64,000 nt of DNA from assembly GCA_964554645.1 (NCBI GenBank), contig CAZKPK010000001.1, forward strand, positions 3,697 through 67,696, in the 5' to 3' direction. This DNA is from an uncultured Candidatus Saccharibacteria bacterium. GTDB taxonomy: Bacteria; Patescibacteriota; Minisyncoccia; Phycocordibacterales; UBA9973. Position numbers and translations under genes: made by a program. Of the stretch, positions 29,439 through 39,599 are shown in pieces. The notes beneath the pieces were generated by a model. That model was not told where the DNA came from. It saw only the letters and a list, made by a program, of their open reading frames with translations, and did not search any database. The first letter of the stretch is position 1; each line of letters opens with the position of its first letter.

Positions 29439-31367
29439 ATGAAAATTTCTTATAATTGGCTCAAATGGTATATACCGGAAGCGCCTCCCGCAAACAAACT
29501 TGCGGATATTTTTAATTACCATATTTGCGAAGTGGAGAGTGTCCAACACCGAGTGTTGGACAAAGATAAAGATTGGATTTTTGATTTAAAAGTTTTGCCG
29601 AACCGCGCGCATGATTTACTTTCACATCAGGGAGTCGCTCGCGAGCTTGCTTCACTTTTAGATATCAAATATGTAGATCCCACGCCGAAATATAAAATTC
29701 CCGCCTCCGCCAAGGCTGCCCCCTTCGCTGAAGTGGCTACGAAGGCCAAGTCGGCGGGCAAGCCGGAATTAAAAATTGATGTTCAAACGCCTTTATGCAG
29801 GCGATATATGGGCAGAATTATAAGGGGAATAAAAATCGGTCCCAGTCCGGAGTGGATGGTGAAGCATTTAGAATCAATAGGACAGAGAAGTATAAATAAT
29901 ATTGTAGATGCCGCCAATATTGTAATGTTTGATTGCGGACAGCCGACTCATGCTTTTGATCTGGATAAAATGAATAGCAAGATAATAGTGCGCGAGGCAG
30001 AAAATGACGAAGACATAACCACTTTAGATAATCAGGGAATAAAATTAAAAAGTTCAAATATGGTGATTGTAGATTCTAAAAATATTTTAGCGATTGCCGG
30101 AATAAAAGGCGGGAAGATTGCGGAAGTGGACAATAATACAAAAAATATAATTCTTGAGGTTGCTAATTTTGATCCGGTTTCGGTGCGGAAAACAGCTCAA
30201 GCCTTTAATCTATTTACCGACGCGCGAAAGAGGTTTGAAAATGACCTGTCGCCAGAATTGGCACCATATGCCATGCGCGAACTCTCGGCTCTCATTTTTG
30301 AAATGTGTCCGGACGCTATTTTTGAAGATGTTGTGGATGTTTACCCCCACACCAATGATATTGGTGTGGGGGTTTATCCTGAAAAACAAAAGGAGAAAAA
30401 ACTTTCTTTTTCGGCTGAAAGAATTTCAAAAATTTTAGGACTCAAAGTTTCAGTTAAAGAAATAGAAAATATTTTGCAGAGATATAATTTTAGGTATAAA
30501 GAAAATAAAGGGAAATTTGAGGTTGTTGTGCCACCGATGCGTCTTGATTTAGCAATAGAAGAAGATATGGCGGAAGAGATAGGTAGAATTCTGGGATATG
30601 ATAAAGTAAAACCACAAATTCCCCACATGTCTGACATGTGGGAACCACAGGTTAATGAGATTTATGCAAAAATTTCCTGGGTCAGAAATAAATTATTGGC
30701 TGATGGATATTCCGAAGTGATGACTTATACTTTTCGAGAAAAGGGAGAAATAGAAGTGCAAAATAGCGCTTCCGATAAAAAGTTTTTGCGAACGAATTTA
30801 ACTGATGGATTGAAAGAAAGCGTTAAATTAAATCACGCCAATGCCCCGCTGTTAGGAATTGACGAAATTAAAGTTTTTGAAATTGGAACTGTTTTCAAAA
30901 AAGATAAAGAGCAGATAAATATTTGTTTTAGTGACAAAAAAAATATCACAGAAGTTTCTTTAAATGATTTTTGTAAAGATATGCTTTCTAGTGATTCTCC
31001 TCTTGAGGAGTACCCTTTAGGGGGAGGTGGAAAATTTATCCACCCCGTCGCAAGCGCCACCCCTCAAGAGGGGAATAGATTCAAGATGTGGTCTTTGTTT
31101 CCTTTCATTGCGCGCGATATCGCTGTCTTTGTGCCGGAAAAAATTAAGAGTTTGGAAATAGAAAAAATAATAAAAAAGAATATGGGAAATATGGTGATTC
31201 GAGGTCCGGAACTTTTTGATGAATTCAAAAAAGGCAATCAGATTTCTTATGCCTTCAGATTGGTTTTTCAATCTTACGATCGGACACTGACAGACGCAGA
31301 AGTGAATGAAATTATGGATAAAATAACTGACAAAATTAAGAAGAATAAAGGTTGGCAAGTAAGGTAA
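29439..31367 (+). CDS. pheT: phenylalanine--tRNA ligase beta subunit (reduced architecture, several repeat-derived inserts)
   Basis: 642 aa; MKISYNWLKWYI, LPNRAHDLLSHQGVAREL, B3_4 IVDAANIVMFDCGQPTHAFDLDK, C-terminal FPFIARDIAVFV. Confidence 0.93.
   Translation: MKISYNWLKWYIPEAPPANKLADIFNYHICEVESVQHRVLDKDKDWIFDLKVLPNRAHDLLSHQGVARELASLLDIKYVDPTPKYKIPASAKAAPFAEVATKAKSAGKPELKIDVQTPLCRRYMGRIIRGIKIGPSPEWMVKHLESIGQRSINNIVDAANIVMFDCGQPTHAFDLDKMNSKIIVREAENDEDITTLDNQGIKLKSSNMVIVDSKNILAIAGIKGGKIAEVDNNTKNIILEVANFDPVSVRKTAQAFNLFTDARKRFENDLSPELAPYAMRELSALIFEMCPDAIFEDVVDVYPHTNDIGVGVYPEKQKEKKLSFSAERISKILGLKVSVKEIENILQRYNFRYKENKGKFEVVVPPMRLDLAIEEDMAEEIGRILGYDKVKPQIPHMSDMWEPQVNEIYAKISWVRNKLLADGYSEVMTYTFREKGEIEVQNSASDKKFLRTNLTDGLKESVKLNHANAPLLGIDEIKVFEIGTVFKKDKEQINICFSDKKNITEVSLNDFCKDMLSSDSPLEEYPLGGGGKFIHPVASATPQEGNRFKMWSLFPFIARDIAVFVPEKIKSLEIEKIIKKNMGNMVIRGPELFDEFKKGNQISYAFRLVFQSYDRTLTDAEVNEIMDKITDKIKKNKGWQVR
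29700..29758. repeat. GC-rich imperfect long hairpin inside pheT
   Basis: CCCGCC..CCTTCG / CGAAGG..GGCGGG arms; translated PASAKAAPFAEVATKAKSAG; strong local GC excess. Confidence 0.55.
30343..30373. repeat. 31-nt perfect palindrome inside pheT
   Basis: ACCCCCACACCAAT-GAT-ATTGGTGTGGGGGT; flanked by GTTTAC/GTTTAT; translated YPHTNDIGVGV. Confidence 0.85.
30622..30642. repeat. family B variant palindrome inside pheT
   Basis: CCCACATGTCTGACATGTGGG (21 nt), translated PHMSDMW (compare HRSDLW from canonical copies). Confidence 0.8.
30993..31076. repeat. family A inverted doublet inserted in frame in pheT
   Basis: GATTCTCCTCTTGAGGAG..GGGAGGTGGA + ATCCACCCCGTCGCAAGCGCCACCCCTCAAGAGGGGAAT; 84 nt = 28 codons (DSPLEEYPLGGGGKFIHPVASATPQEGN). 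Confidence 0.9.
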
Positions 31368-31379
31368 AACCTGCTATAA

Positions 31380-33488
<2,109 letters not shown>

Positions 33489-33507
33489 ATTTATTATATT
33501 GCGCTTT

Positions 33508-34095
33508 ATGAAAAAATTAATCTTAGCTTCAAGTTCAAGCACAAGGAAAAATTTGCTTACAGAAGCCGGCTTGAATTTTGAAATTGATCCAAGTAGTTAC
33601 GAAGAAGATATAACATTATTAATGTCTCCAAAAGAATTAGTGGCTCATTTATCTTACGGTAAAGCAAAAGATGTAGCATCGAGGCACCAAGAAGCCATAG
33701 TTCTAGGAGCTGATACAATTATTGTCTATCAAGATAAAATTCTCGGTAAACCTCATACATCGGAAAGAGCTAAAGAAATGTTAAAAATGTTAAGTGGTAG
33801 GGCACACTTAGTTGTTACTGGTTTTACAATAATTGATACGAAAAATAATCATAGCATCTCCAAAGTTGTAGAAACAGAAGTGTTTTTCAAAAATCTCACA
33901 GATAGAGAAATAGATAATTATGTAGCTACCGGTGAACCACTGAATAAAGCAGGGGCTTATGCAATTTTAGAGAATGGTGGCAAATTTGTTAAAAAGATCG
34001 AAGGAAGTAGAACAAATGTGTCAGGTTTACCCATGGAGGAGTTAATGAATGTTCTAAAAAATTCCCATAGGTCAGACCTATGGGATGTGTTATAA
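33508..34095 (+). CDS. maf: Maf-like nucleoside triphosphate pyrophosphatase
   Basis: 195 aa from ATG 33508; KLILASSSSTRKNLL, GADTIIVYQDKILGKP, AGAYAI; last residues (HRSDLWDVL) encoded by a family B palindrome. Confidence 0.88.
   Translation: MKKLILASSSSTRKNLLTEAGLNFEIDPSSYEEDITLLMSPKELVAHLSYGKAKDVASRHQEAIVLGADTIIVYQDKILGKPHTSERAKEMLKMLSGRAHLVVTGFTIIDTKNNHSISKVVETEVFFKNLTDREIDNYVATGEPLNKAGAYAILENGGKFVKKIEGSRTNVSGLPMEELMNVLKNSHRSDLWDVL
34064..34084. repeat. family B palindrome (left flank of RAYT gene)
   Basis: CCCATAGGTCAGACCTATGGG. Confidence 0.9.
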
Positions 34096-34102
34096 TAGCA
34101 GT

Positions 34103-34780
34103 ATGAGTCTCAGAGATTCGAATTTAGTGGAAAAAGAGTATTATCATATTTACAATCGCGGTAATGGAAAAAATAAAATTTTTAATTCCATAGAAGATTA
34201 CGATCGTTTTTGTAAACTTCTTTTTATTTGTAATTCTGAAAGAAGTTTTACATTCAGAGATTCAGTCGTAGATCAAAAAATTGATGCCTGGGATTTTGAA
34301 AGGGGAGAACCGCTTGTGGAAATATGTGCATGGGTTTTAATGCCTAATCATTTCCATATAATTTTAATTTCCCATAGGTCGGACCTATGGGATGAGAAGT
34401 ATAATCCAATAACGGAATTTATGAGAAAACTTTCTACGGCTTACGCTATGTATTTTAATAAGAAATATAACCGCACTGGATCTCTTTTTGAAGGAAAGTT
34501 TAAGTCTAAACATATTAGCAAAGATAATTATTTCCATTATTTATTTTCTTACATTCATCTTAATCCAATTAAATTAATCCAACCAGATTGGAAAGAAAAT
34601 GGTATCAAGAATAAAAAAGAAGCGATTGCTTATCTTATGAATTTTAAATATTCAAGTTTTCAAGATTTTTATGGTGTCTCTAGAAAAGAAGGAAAGATAA
34701 TAAATAAGAATTCGTTACCAGAAGATTTTAAATACAATCATGTTGAGGAACTTTTTGAATGGATAACTGATTCCCCATAG
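34103..34780 (+). CDS. IS200-like Y1 HUH transposase, REP-associated (RAYT-like)
   Basis: YHIYNRGN, HUH motif LMPNHFHIIL, catalytic Tyr motif YIHLNP; flanked by palindromes at 34064 and 34773. Confidence 0.85.
   Translation: MSLRDSNLVEKEYYHIYNRGNGKNKIFNSIEDYDRFCKLLFICNSERSFTFRDSVVDQKIDAWDFERGEPLVEICAWVLMPNHFHIILISHRSDLWDEKYNPITEFMRKLSTAYAMYFNKKYNRTGSLFEGKFKSKHISKDNYFHYLFSYIHLNPIKLIQPDWKENGIKNKKEAIAYLMNFKYSSFQDFYGVSRKEGKIINKNSLPEDFKYNHVEELFEWITDSP
34371..34391. repeat. family B palindrome inserted inside the RAYT ORF
   Basis: CCCATAGGTCGGACCTATGGG, 21 nt = 7 codons (SHRSDLW), 2 residues after the HUH motif. Confidence 0.9.
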
Positions 34781-34795
34781 GTCAGACCTATGGGG
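34773..34795. repeat. family B palindrome (right flank; provides RAYT stop codon)
   Basis: CCCCATAGGTCAGACCTATGGGG; the TAG at 34778-34780 is the stop. Confidence 0.9.
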
Positions 34796-34834
34796 AATCA
34801 CTTCTTGAAATTCTCAAAAAAGAAAGGAAATAAA

Positions 34835-35521
34835 TTATTTCTTGTTTATAGTTTCTAACTTTTCTCCTTTCCAGAATTCATATAGCGGTGAAATAAACAT
34901 TCCTGTCACAAAGAACCAGACCAAATCTTCAACTGGAATATTTAAAAGCATTATGCCAGAAATATTTTTATGTATCCAAAAATTTATCGCTGTCGGGTCG
35001 AAAGAGAAAATTATATAATAAATAGGTATAGAAATTAAGGTAATGATCACTCCACTCGTTAAAGACAGGATGATTAAATCTTTTCTGTAAAAATAAATTA
35101 CTAGCGTTGGAATTAACATTGTAAATAATGATGAATAGAAAGAGTGTATATTTATATAGAAAAATGTAAAATTTCCAATGAATGTTGACAACAATATCAC
35201 AATTATAAAATGTTTTAGATGAGTATTCTTTTTTCCACGAATTTTAACTAATTTATCCTTAAAGATTTCTTCATATATTGAAACTATTATTCCTCCGACA
35301 AAGAAACCAAAAAGAATATCTTCTATACCCACAATTGTTCCTGTTATGGTGGTAGGTTTCCACCAATCCTTTGTCCAGATAAAAGCTTCCATAAAAGTAG
35401 CCACTATGGCAACTAGACTACCCATCAATAATATTTCTTTTCTAAGATCTTTACGATATATATACAGAATCAACCAAACCGGAAAATACATTAAAACTCC
35501 AATTAAATATGTTGAATTCAT
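34835..35521 (-). CDS. polytopic membrane protein with internal duplication (lycopene-cyclase-domain-like)
   Basis: 228 aa; two homologous halves (YIYRKDLRKE..GIEDILFGFF / FYRKDLIIL..PVEDLVWFFV); family call tentative. Confidence 0.5.
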   Translation of the reverse strand: MNSTYLIGVLMYFPVWLILYIYRKDLRKEILLMGSLVAIVATFMEAFIWTKDWWKPTTITGTIVGIEDILFGFFVGGIIVSIYEEIFKDKLVKIRGKKNTHLKHFIIVILLSTFIGNFTFFYINIHSFYSSLFTMLIPTLVIYFYRKDLIILSLTSGVIITLISIPIYYIIFSFDPTAINFWIHKNISGIMLLNIPVEDLVWFFVTGMFISPLYEFWKGEKLETINKK

Positions 35522-37284
35522 TATTTTTTATCCTTCATTTCTTCCAAAAGTTTTTTAATTAGTTCTTCTTTTGATATTTGTCCGAGGTTACCGGTGCCCG
35601 CCTTGGTGGGTAAATCGCGGGATTCAAGGGTCACTTTTTTGGCTTCAATTTCTTTGTCACCGAGGACAATCCAATACGGGATTTTGTTTGTTTTTGCATC
35701 GCGGACTTTCTTGCCAAGATTTTCATCTCCGTCATCCAGCTCTGCGCGAATATTATTTTCTTTTAATAATTTAAAAATTTCTTTGGCGTATTCGTTATGA
35801 TTTTCTCGCACTGGAATTATCTTTACTTGTGTTGGTGACAACCAAAGAGGGAAAGCACCAGCGGTGTGCTCGATTAAAATAGAAAGAAATCTTTCAATTG
35901 ATCCCATAATCGCTGCGTGAATCATTACGATGCGTTCTTGTTGTCCTTTTTCGTTGATACAATATAAATCGAATCTTTCAGGCATATTCATATCGATCTG
36001 AATAGTAGCTACTTGATGTTCTCTGCCAATAGCGTCTTTGGCCATGAAATCTATCTTTGGTCCATAAAAAGCTGCTTCTCCTATAGCTTCAATCGCTTTT
36101 TCACCATTCTTTTCAATTATTTTTCTTAAAGCATTTTCTGAATTTACCCATATTTCAGAAGTGCCTAAGTATGCCTTCATATTTTTCGGATCGTGGAGGG
36201 AAAGACGGGGTTTTAGAATAAAACCAAAAGAACCATAGAAAGTTTTTATAATATTATAAATTTTACCCATTTCATCGCCCGCTTGATCTAATCGACAGAA
36301 TACGTGCGCGTCATCTTGAGTAATGGAACGTACTCTAGAAAGCCCAGATAGTTCTCCTGTTTGCTCATCGCGATAAACTTTCGTAGTCGAGGCATATCTT
36401 TGAGGGAGTTCTTTATAGCTCCACTGACGTCTGTTGTAAATCTGAGTATGATGCGGACAATTCATCGGCTTTATTGTAAATGTGTGTTTTTCTCGGGTAG
36501 TTATTCTAAACAAATCATCCCTGAATTTATCCCAGTGCCCAGACTTCTCGTAAAGCTCCTTCTTGGTTATGTGTGGAATATCCACTCTTTCATAACCGGC
36601 GATTTCACGCAGTTCCCAGACAAAACCGTCCAGCAAGTCTCTTAGCATTGTGCCTTTTGGGGTGAAGAGGGGAAGTCCTGCGCCTACTAGTTCTGAGAAA
36701 GTAAATAAATCAAGTTCTTGGCCGATCTTTTTATGGTCTCTTTTTTCTGCTTCTTCTCGCTGTTTTATATATACATCGAGTTCTTCCTTTGTTTCAAAAG
36801 CGAGTCCATAAATACGCGTGAGCATTTTGTTTTTCTCATCTCCACGCCAATAAGCTCCGGCTACACGGTCTAGCCTGAAAGCATCTACTGGCAGTTCTTT
36901 ATTTGGATGTTCCAAGTGCCCGCCTTTACACAGGTCCACCAAAGTTCCAGATGTATAGAAAGTTAATTTTTTTCCATCTTTAGCAAATTCCTCAAGTAGT
37001 TCGGTTTTGTATTCATTCCAGGCAAATTCTTTTCTAGCTTCTTCTAGTGTTACTTCGCGGCCGGTAAACGTATTCCAAGTCTTTATAATTTCCCGCATTT
37101 TCTTTTCTATTTTAGGGAAATCTTCAACAGAAACTGCTTTTGGTAAATCAAAATCTTGGTAAAAACCATCATCAATAGCTGGACCGATAGCATTTTTGGC
37201 TCCTGGATATAGTTCTTTTATGGCTGTTACCAAAAGGTGTGCTAAGGTGTGTCTGATCTTGTATGCGTTGTCCACTTTTTCCAT
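35521..37284 (-). CDS. thrS: threonine--tRNA ligase (no N-terminal TGS domain)
   Basis: 587 aa; starts at the editing-domain HTLAHLL; RVRSITQDDAHVFC; class II core and anticodon-binding domain. Confidence 0.96.
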   Translation of the reverse strand: MEKVDNAYKIRHTLAHLLVTAIKELYPGAKNAIGPAIDDGFYQDFDLPKAVSVEDFPKIEKKMREIIKTWNTFTGREVTLEEARKEFAWNEYKTELLEEFAKDGKKLTFYTSGTLVDLCKGGHLEHPNKELPVDAFRLDRVAGAYWRGDEKNKMLTRIYGLAFETKEELDVYIKQREEAEKRDHKKIGQELDLFTFSELVGAGLPLFTPKGTMLRDLLDGFVWELREIAGYERVDIPHITKKELYEKSGHWDKFRDDLFRITTREKHTFTIKPMNCPHHTQIYNRRQWSYKELPQRYASTTKVYRDEQTGELSGLSRVRSITQDDAHVFCRLDQAGDEMGKIYNIIKTFYGSFGFILKPRLSLHDPKNMKAYLGTSEIWVNSENALRKIIEKNGEKAIEAIGEAAFYGPKIDFMAKDAIGREHQVATIQIDMNMPERFDLYCINEKGQQERIVMIHAAIMGSIERFLSILIEHTAGAFPLWLSPTQVKIIPVRENHNEYAKEIFKLLKENNIRAELDDGDENLGKKVRDAKTNKIPYWIVLGDKEIEAKKVTLESRDLPTKAGTGNLGQISKEELIKKLLEEMKDKK

Positions 37285-37291
37285 AGTTCGT

Positions 37292-37300
37292 ATGATAACA
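37292..37300 (-). promoter_or_regulatory. extended -10 (TGtTATCAT) 7 nt upstream of thrS ATG
   Basis: Minus strand reads TGTTATCAT-acgaact-ATG. Confidence 0.4.
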
Positions 37301-37357
37301 CACTTTAAATTTTTTCAAAATTGCTTTTCATCCATAATATGCTAGAGTGTATTCATT

Positions 37358-37582
37358 ATGGTAGTCCGAATGAGAAGCACAAAATCGCATACGAAAAATA
37401 GACGTTCGCATCATGCGTTGGCTAAGGCTAATTTTTCAAAGTGCGAGCATTGCAAAGCCTTGAAAAAACGCCATACAGTATGTTCTGCTTGCGGGTTTTA
37501 TCGAGGAAAAAAAGTTTTGGATCTAGTTAAGAAAACAGAAAAGAAACAGAAGAAAGAAAAAGCGGCTCAAGCAAAGAATTAG
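37358..37582 (+). CDS. rpmF: 50S ribosomal protein L32
   Basis: 74 aa; KSHTKNRRSHHAL, Cys4 (CEHC..CSAC). Confidence 0.9.
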   Translation: MVVRMRSTKSHTKNRRSHHALAKANFSKCEHCKALKKRHTVCSACGFYRGKKVLDLVKKTEKKQKKEKAAQAKN

Positions 37583-37620
37583 TTACTAGGGGCTAGTGGC
37601 TAGGGACTAGAACCTAGAAG
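37579..37620 (+). repeat. 7-nt-phased CTAG array (6 heptads) starting at rpmF stop codon
   Basis: TTAGTTA CTAGGGG CTAGTGG CTAGGGA CTAGAAC CTAGAAG; CTAG at 37586, 37593, 37600, 37607, 37614. Confidence 0.92.
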
Positions 37621-37636
37621 CTATAACCTAATTTTT

Positions 37637-38593
37637 ATGGCCAATAGGCACCTTTCCAGATCAATAGTGCTCCAAACGCTTTTTGAGTGGGATTTTATGT
37701 CCGCTGGGAAAGAGAGTATCAGTTCTATTAATGGCGAGATTAAGAAAGTATTGGACAGAAATTTAAAAGAATTTGCTCCCGGACTCGAAGATGACAGTTT
37801 TGTTTTTTCGCTTTTAAATGAAGTGTTAAAAAATTGTGTTCGGGTTGATCAAATTATAGAAACATCAGCGCCGGATTGGCCGATAAATAAAATTTCTGTC
37901 GTTGATAGAAATATTCTCCGAATCGGATTAACGGAACTTCTTTTCAGCGACCGATCGCAAGTGCCCCCAAAAGTGGCGATTAACGAAGCGATTGAATTGG
38001 CAAAAACTTTTGGCGGAGAGAATTCCAGTAAATTTATAAACGGCGTACTCGGAGCAGTTTATAAAGAAATGGGTGAACCTGGCAAGGAGCAAACGAGCAA
38101 AAAGAAAAATCGCAATCAATCCAAAGAACAGGGAAAAACGTTGGACCTCACCAAACTGCCGGTTGAAAACTTGGGCGGCGCGTTAGTTTATGCAACAAAA
38201 GATGGGAATATTTTATTTGCGCTTGTGCATGATGTTTTTGGCTACTGGACTCTTTCTAAAGGCAAAGTCGAAAAAAAGGAAAGTGTTCAGGAAGGGACAG
38301 TAAGAGCAATCAAGAAGGAAATCGGGCTTGATGTTGTGCTAGAAGAAAAACTTGGGGAAAATGAATATGTTGCAACCCACCCAGAAAAAGGAAAAAGCCT
38401 GAAGAAAGTTATATATTTTTTGGCGTATAGCGAATACAAGGAGCTTATTTTGGAAAAATCCGGCGGACTCGATGGGGCCAGATGGTTTGAAATGATGGAG
38501 GTGCCGGAACTTCGCATTTATAATGACATTATTCCGCTTATTGAAAAGGCGGTCGAAATATTGAGCAGTAAAAAACAAAAGAACAGTCAATAA
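37637..38593 (+). CDS. nusB: NusB antitermination factor fused to a C-terminal NUDIX hydrolase domain
   Basis: 318 aa; NusB core (ILRIGLTELLF, VAINEAIELAKTFGG, KFINGVLG); Lys-rich linker; NUDIX box GKVEKKESVQEGTVRAIKKEIGL. Confidence 0.85.
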   Translation: MANRHLSRSIVLQTLFEWDFMSAGKESISSINGEIKKVLDRNLKEFAPGLEDDSFVFSLLNEVLKNCVRVDQIIETSAPDWPINKISVVDRNILRIGLTELLFSDRSQVPPKVAINEAIELAKTFGGENSSKFINGVLGAVYKEMGEPGKEQTSKKKNRNQSKEQGKTLDLTKLPVENLGGALVYATKDGNILFALVHDVFGYWTLSKGKVEKKESVQEGTVRAIKKEIGLDVVLEEKLGENEYVATHPEKGKSLKKVIYFLAYSEYKELILEKSGGLDGARWFEMMEVPELRIYNDIIPLIEKAVEILSSKKQKNSQ

Positions 38594-38617
38594 GTTTATA
38601 AGATAAAAAATAAAATT

Positions 38618-39313
38618 ATGATTCAACTTTCAAATTTTGAGAAAAAAACAAAAATAATTTTTAGGGATAAGAATTTGCTCAAACAAGCTTTTATTCATCG
38701 TTCTTACATAAATGAAAATCCGTCGACCACTCTTTCGCACAATGAACGCTTAGAATTTCTGGGAGATGCCGTGCTGGAACTTATTGTCACAGATTTTCTT
38801 TATAAAAAATACCCGAATTATACGGAAGGGGAACTGACTGCTCTGCGTTCAGCTTTAGTTAATGCTGTCATTATTTCTGAAGTTGCCGCCAAAATCGGCA
38901 TGAATGATTATTTGCTTTTATCTAAAGGAGAAGCCAAAGATGGCGGCAAAGCCAGACAGTATATTTTGGCAAACACATACGAAGCCTATATTGGAGCCAT
39001 ATATTTGGATCAAGGAATAAATATCGCGGATAAATTTGTCAGGAAAACCCTTTTGCTCAAAACGGATGAAATAGTAAATAAAAAACTTTGGCGGGATGCG
39101 AAATCTCTAGTGCAAGAAAAAGCGCAGGAGTTAGTGAATGTTACGCCTGCCTATAAAGTGCTAAAAGAATCCGGTCCCGATCACGATAAAAATTTTACAG
39201 TTGGTATTTATTTTGGCGGGAGTTTGATAGCCGAAGGCAAAGGTCAATCCAAGCAAGAAGCAGAACAATCTGCCGCCCTGAATGCGTTAAAGGTAAAAAA
39301 TTGGCTGGATTGA
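38618..39313 (+). CDS. rnc: ribonuclease III
   Basis: 231 aa; ERLEFLGDAVLELIV signature, C-terminal dsRBD. Confidence 0.95.
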   Translation: MIQLSNFEKKTKIIFRDKNLLKQAFIHRSYINENPSTTLSHNERLEFLGDAVLELIVTDFLYKKYPNYTEGELTALRSALVNAVIISEVAAKIGMNDYLLLSKGEAKDGGKARQYILANTYEAYIGAIYLDQGINIADKFVRKTLLLKTDEIVNKKLWRDAKSLVQEKAQELVNVTPAYKVLKESGPDHDKNFTVGIYFGGSLIAEGKGQSKQEAEQSAALNALKVKNWLD

Positions 39314-39376
39314 AAGGTGTTGAACTGGCTCAAAGTTGAGTTGCCTTCTCAAGCCCTTTTTGTTATTATATACATT

Positions 39377-39595
39377 ATGAATACTATTACTGTGTCTAAA
39401 AACAAAATAGAAAAAGAGGGTGGAGTAGTACTTCTTTCCCTTAGGGAGTATCGAAAAATTCAAATGTCTTCGATGCCTATTTATTACTTGCAAAGCAAAG
39501 AAGCAAGGAATTTGGATAAATTGGTAAAAAACGGGCTCAAGAGTTATAAAGATGGTAAAACTAAAGTTCTGAAATCTTTTGCGGATTTTGATTAA
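39377..39595 (+). CDS. putative type II antitoxin
   Basis: 72 aa from ATG 39377; immediately precedes the RelE-like toxin (5-nt gap); no strong family motif. Confidence 0.55.
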   Translation: MNTITVSKNKIEKEGGVVLLSLREYRKIQMSSMPIYYLQSKEARNLDKLVKNGLKSYKDGKTKVLKSFADFD

Positions 39596-39599
39596 TTTT

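Noticed and set aside
30833-31358. Minus-strand ORFs (75 and 113 aa) inside pheT
   Set aside because: They are antisense to pheT. One owes its length to the family A doublet (..PLLRGGACDGVD..). Shadow ORFs.
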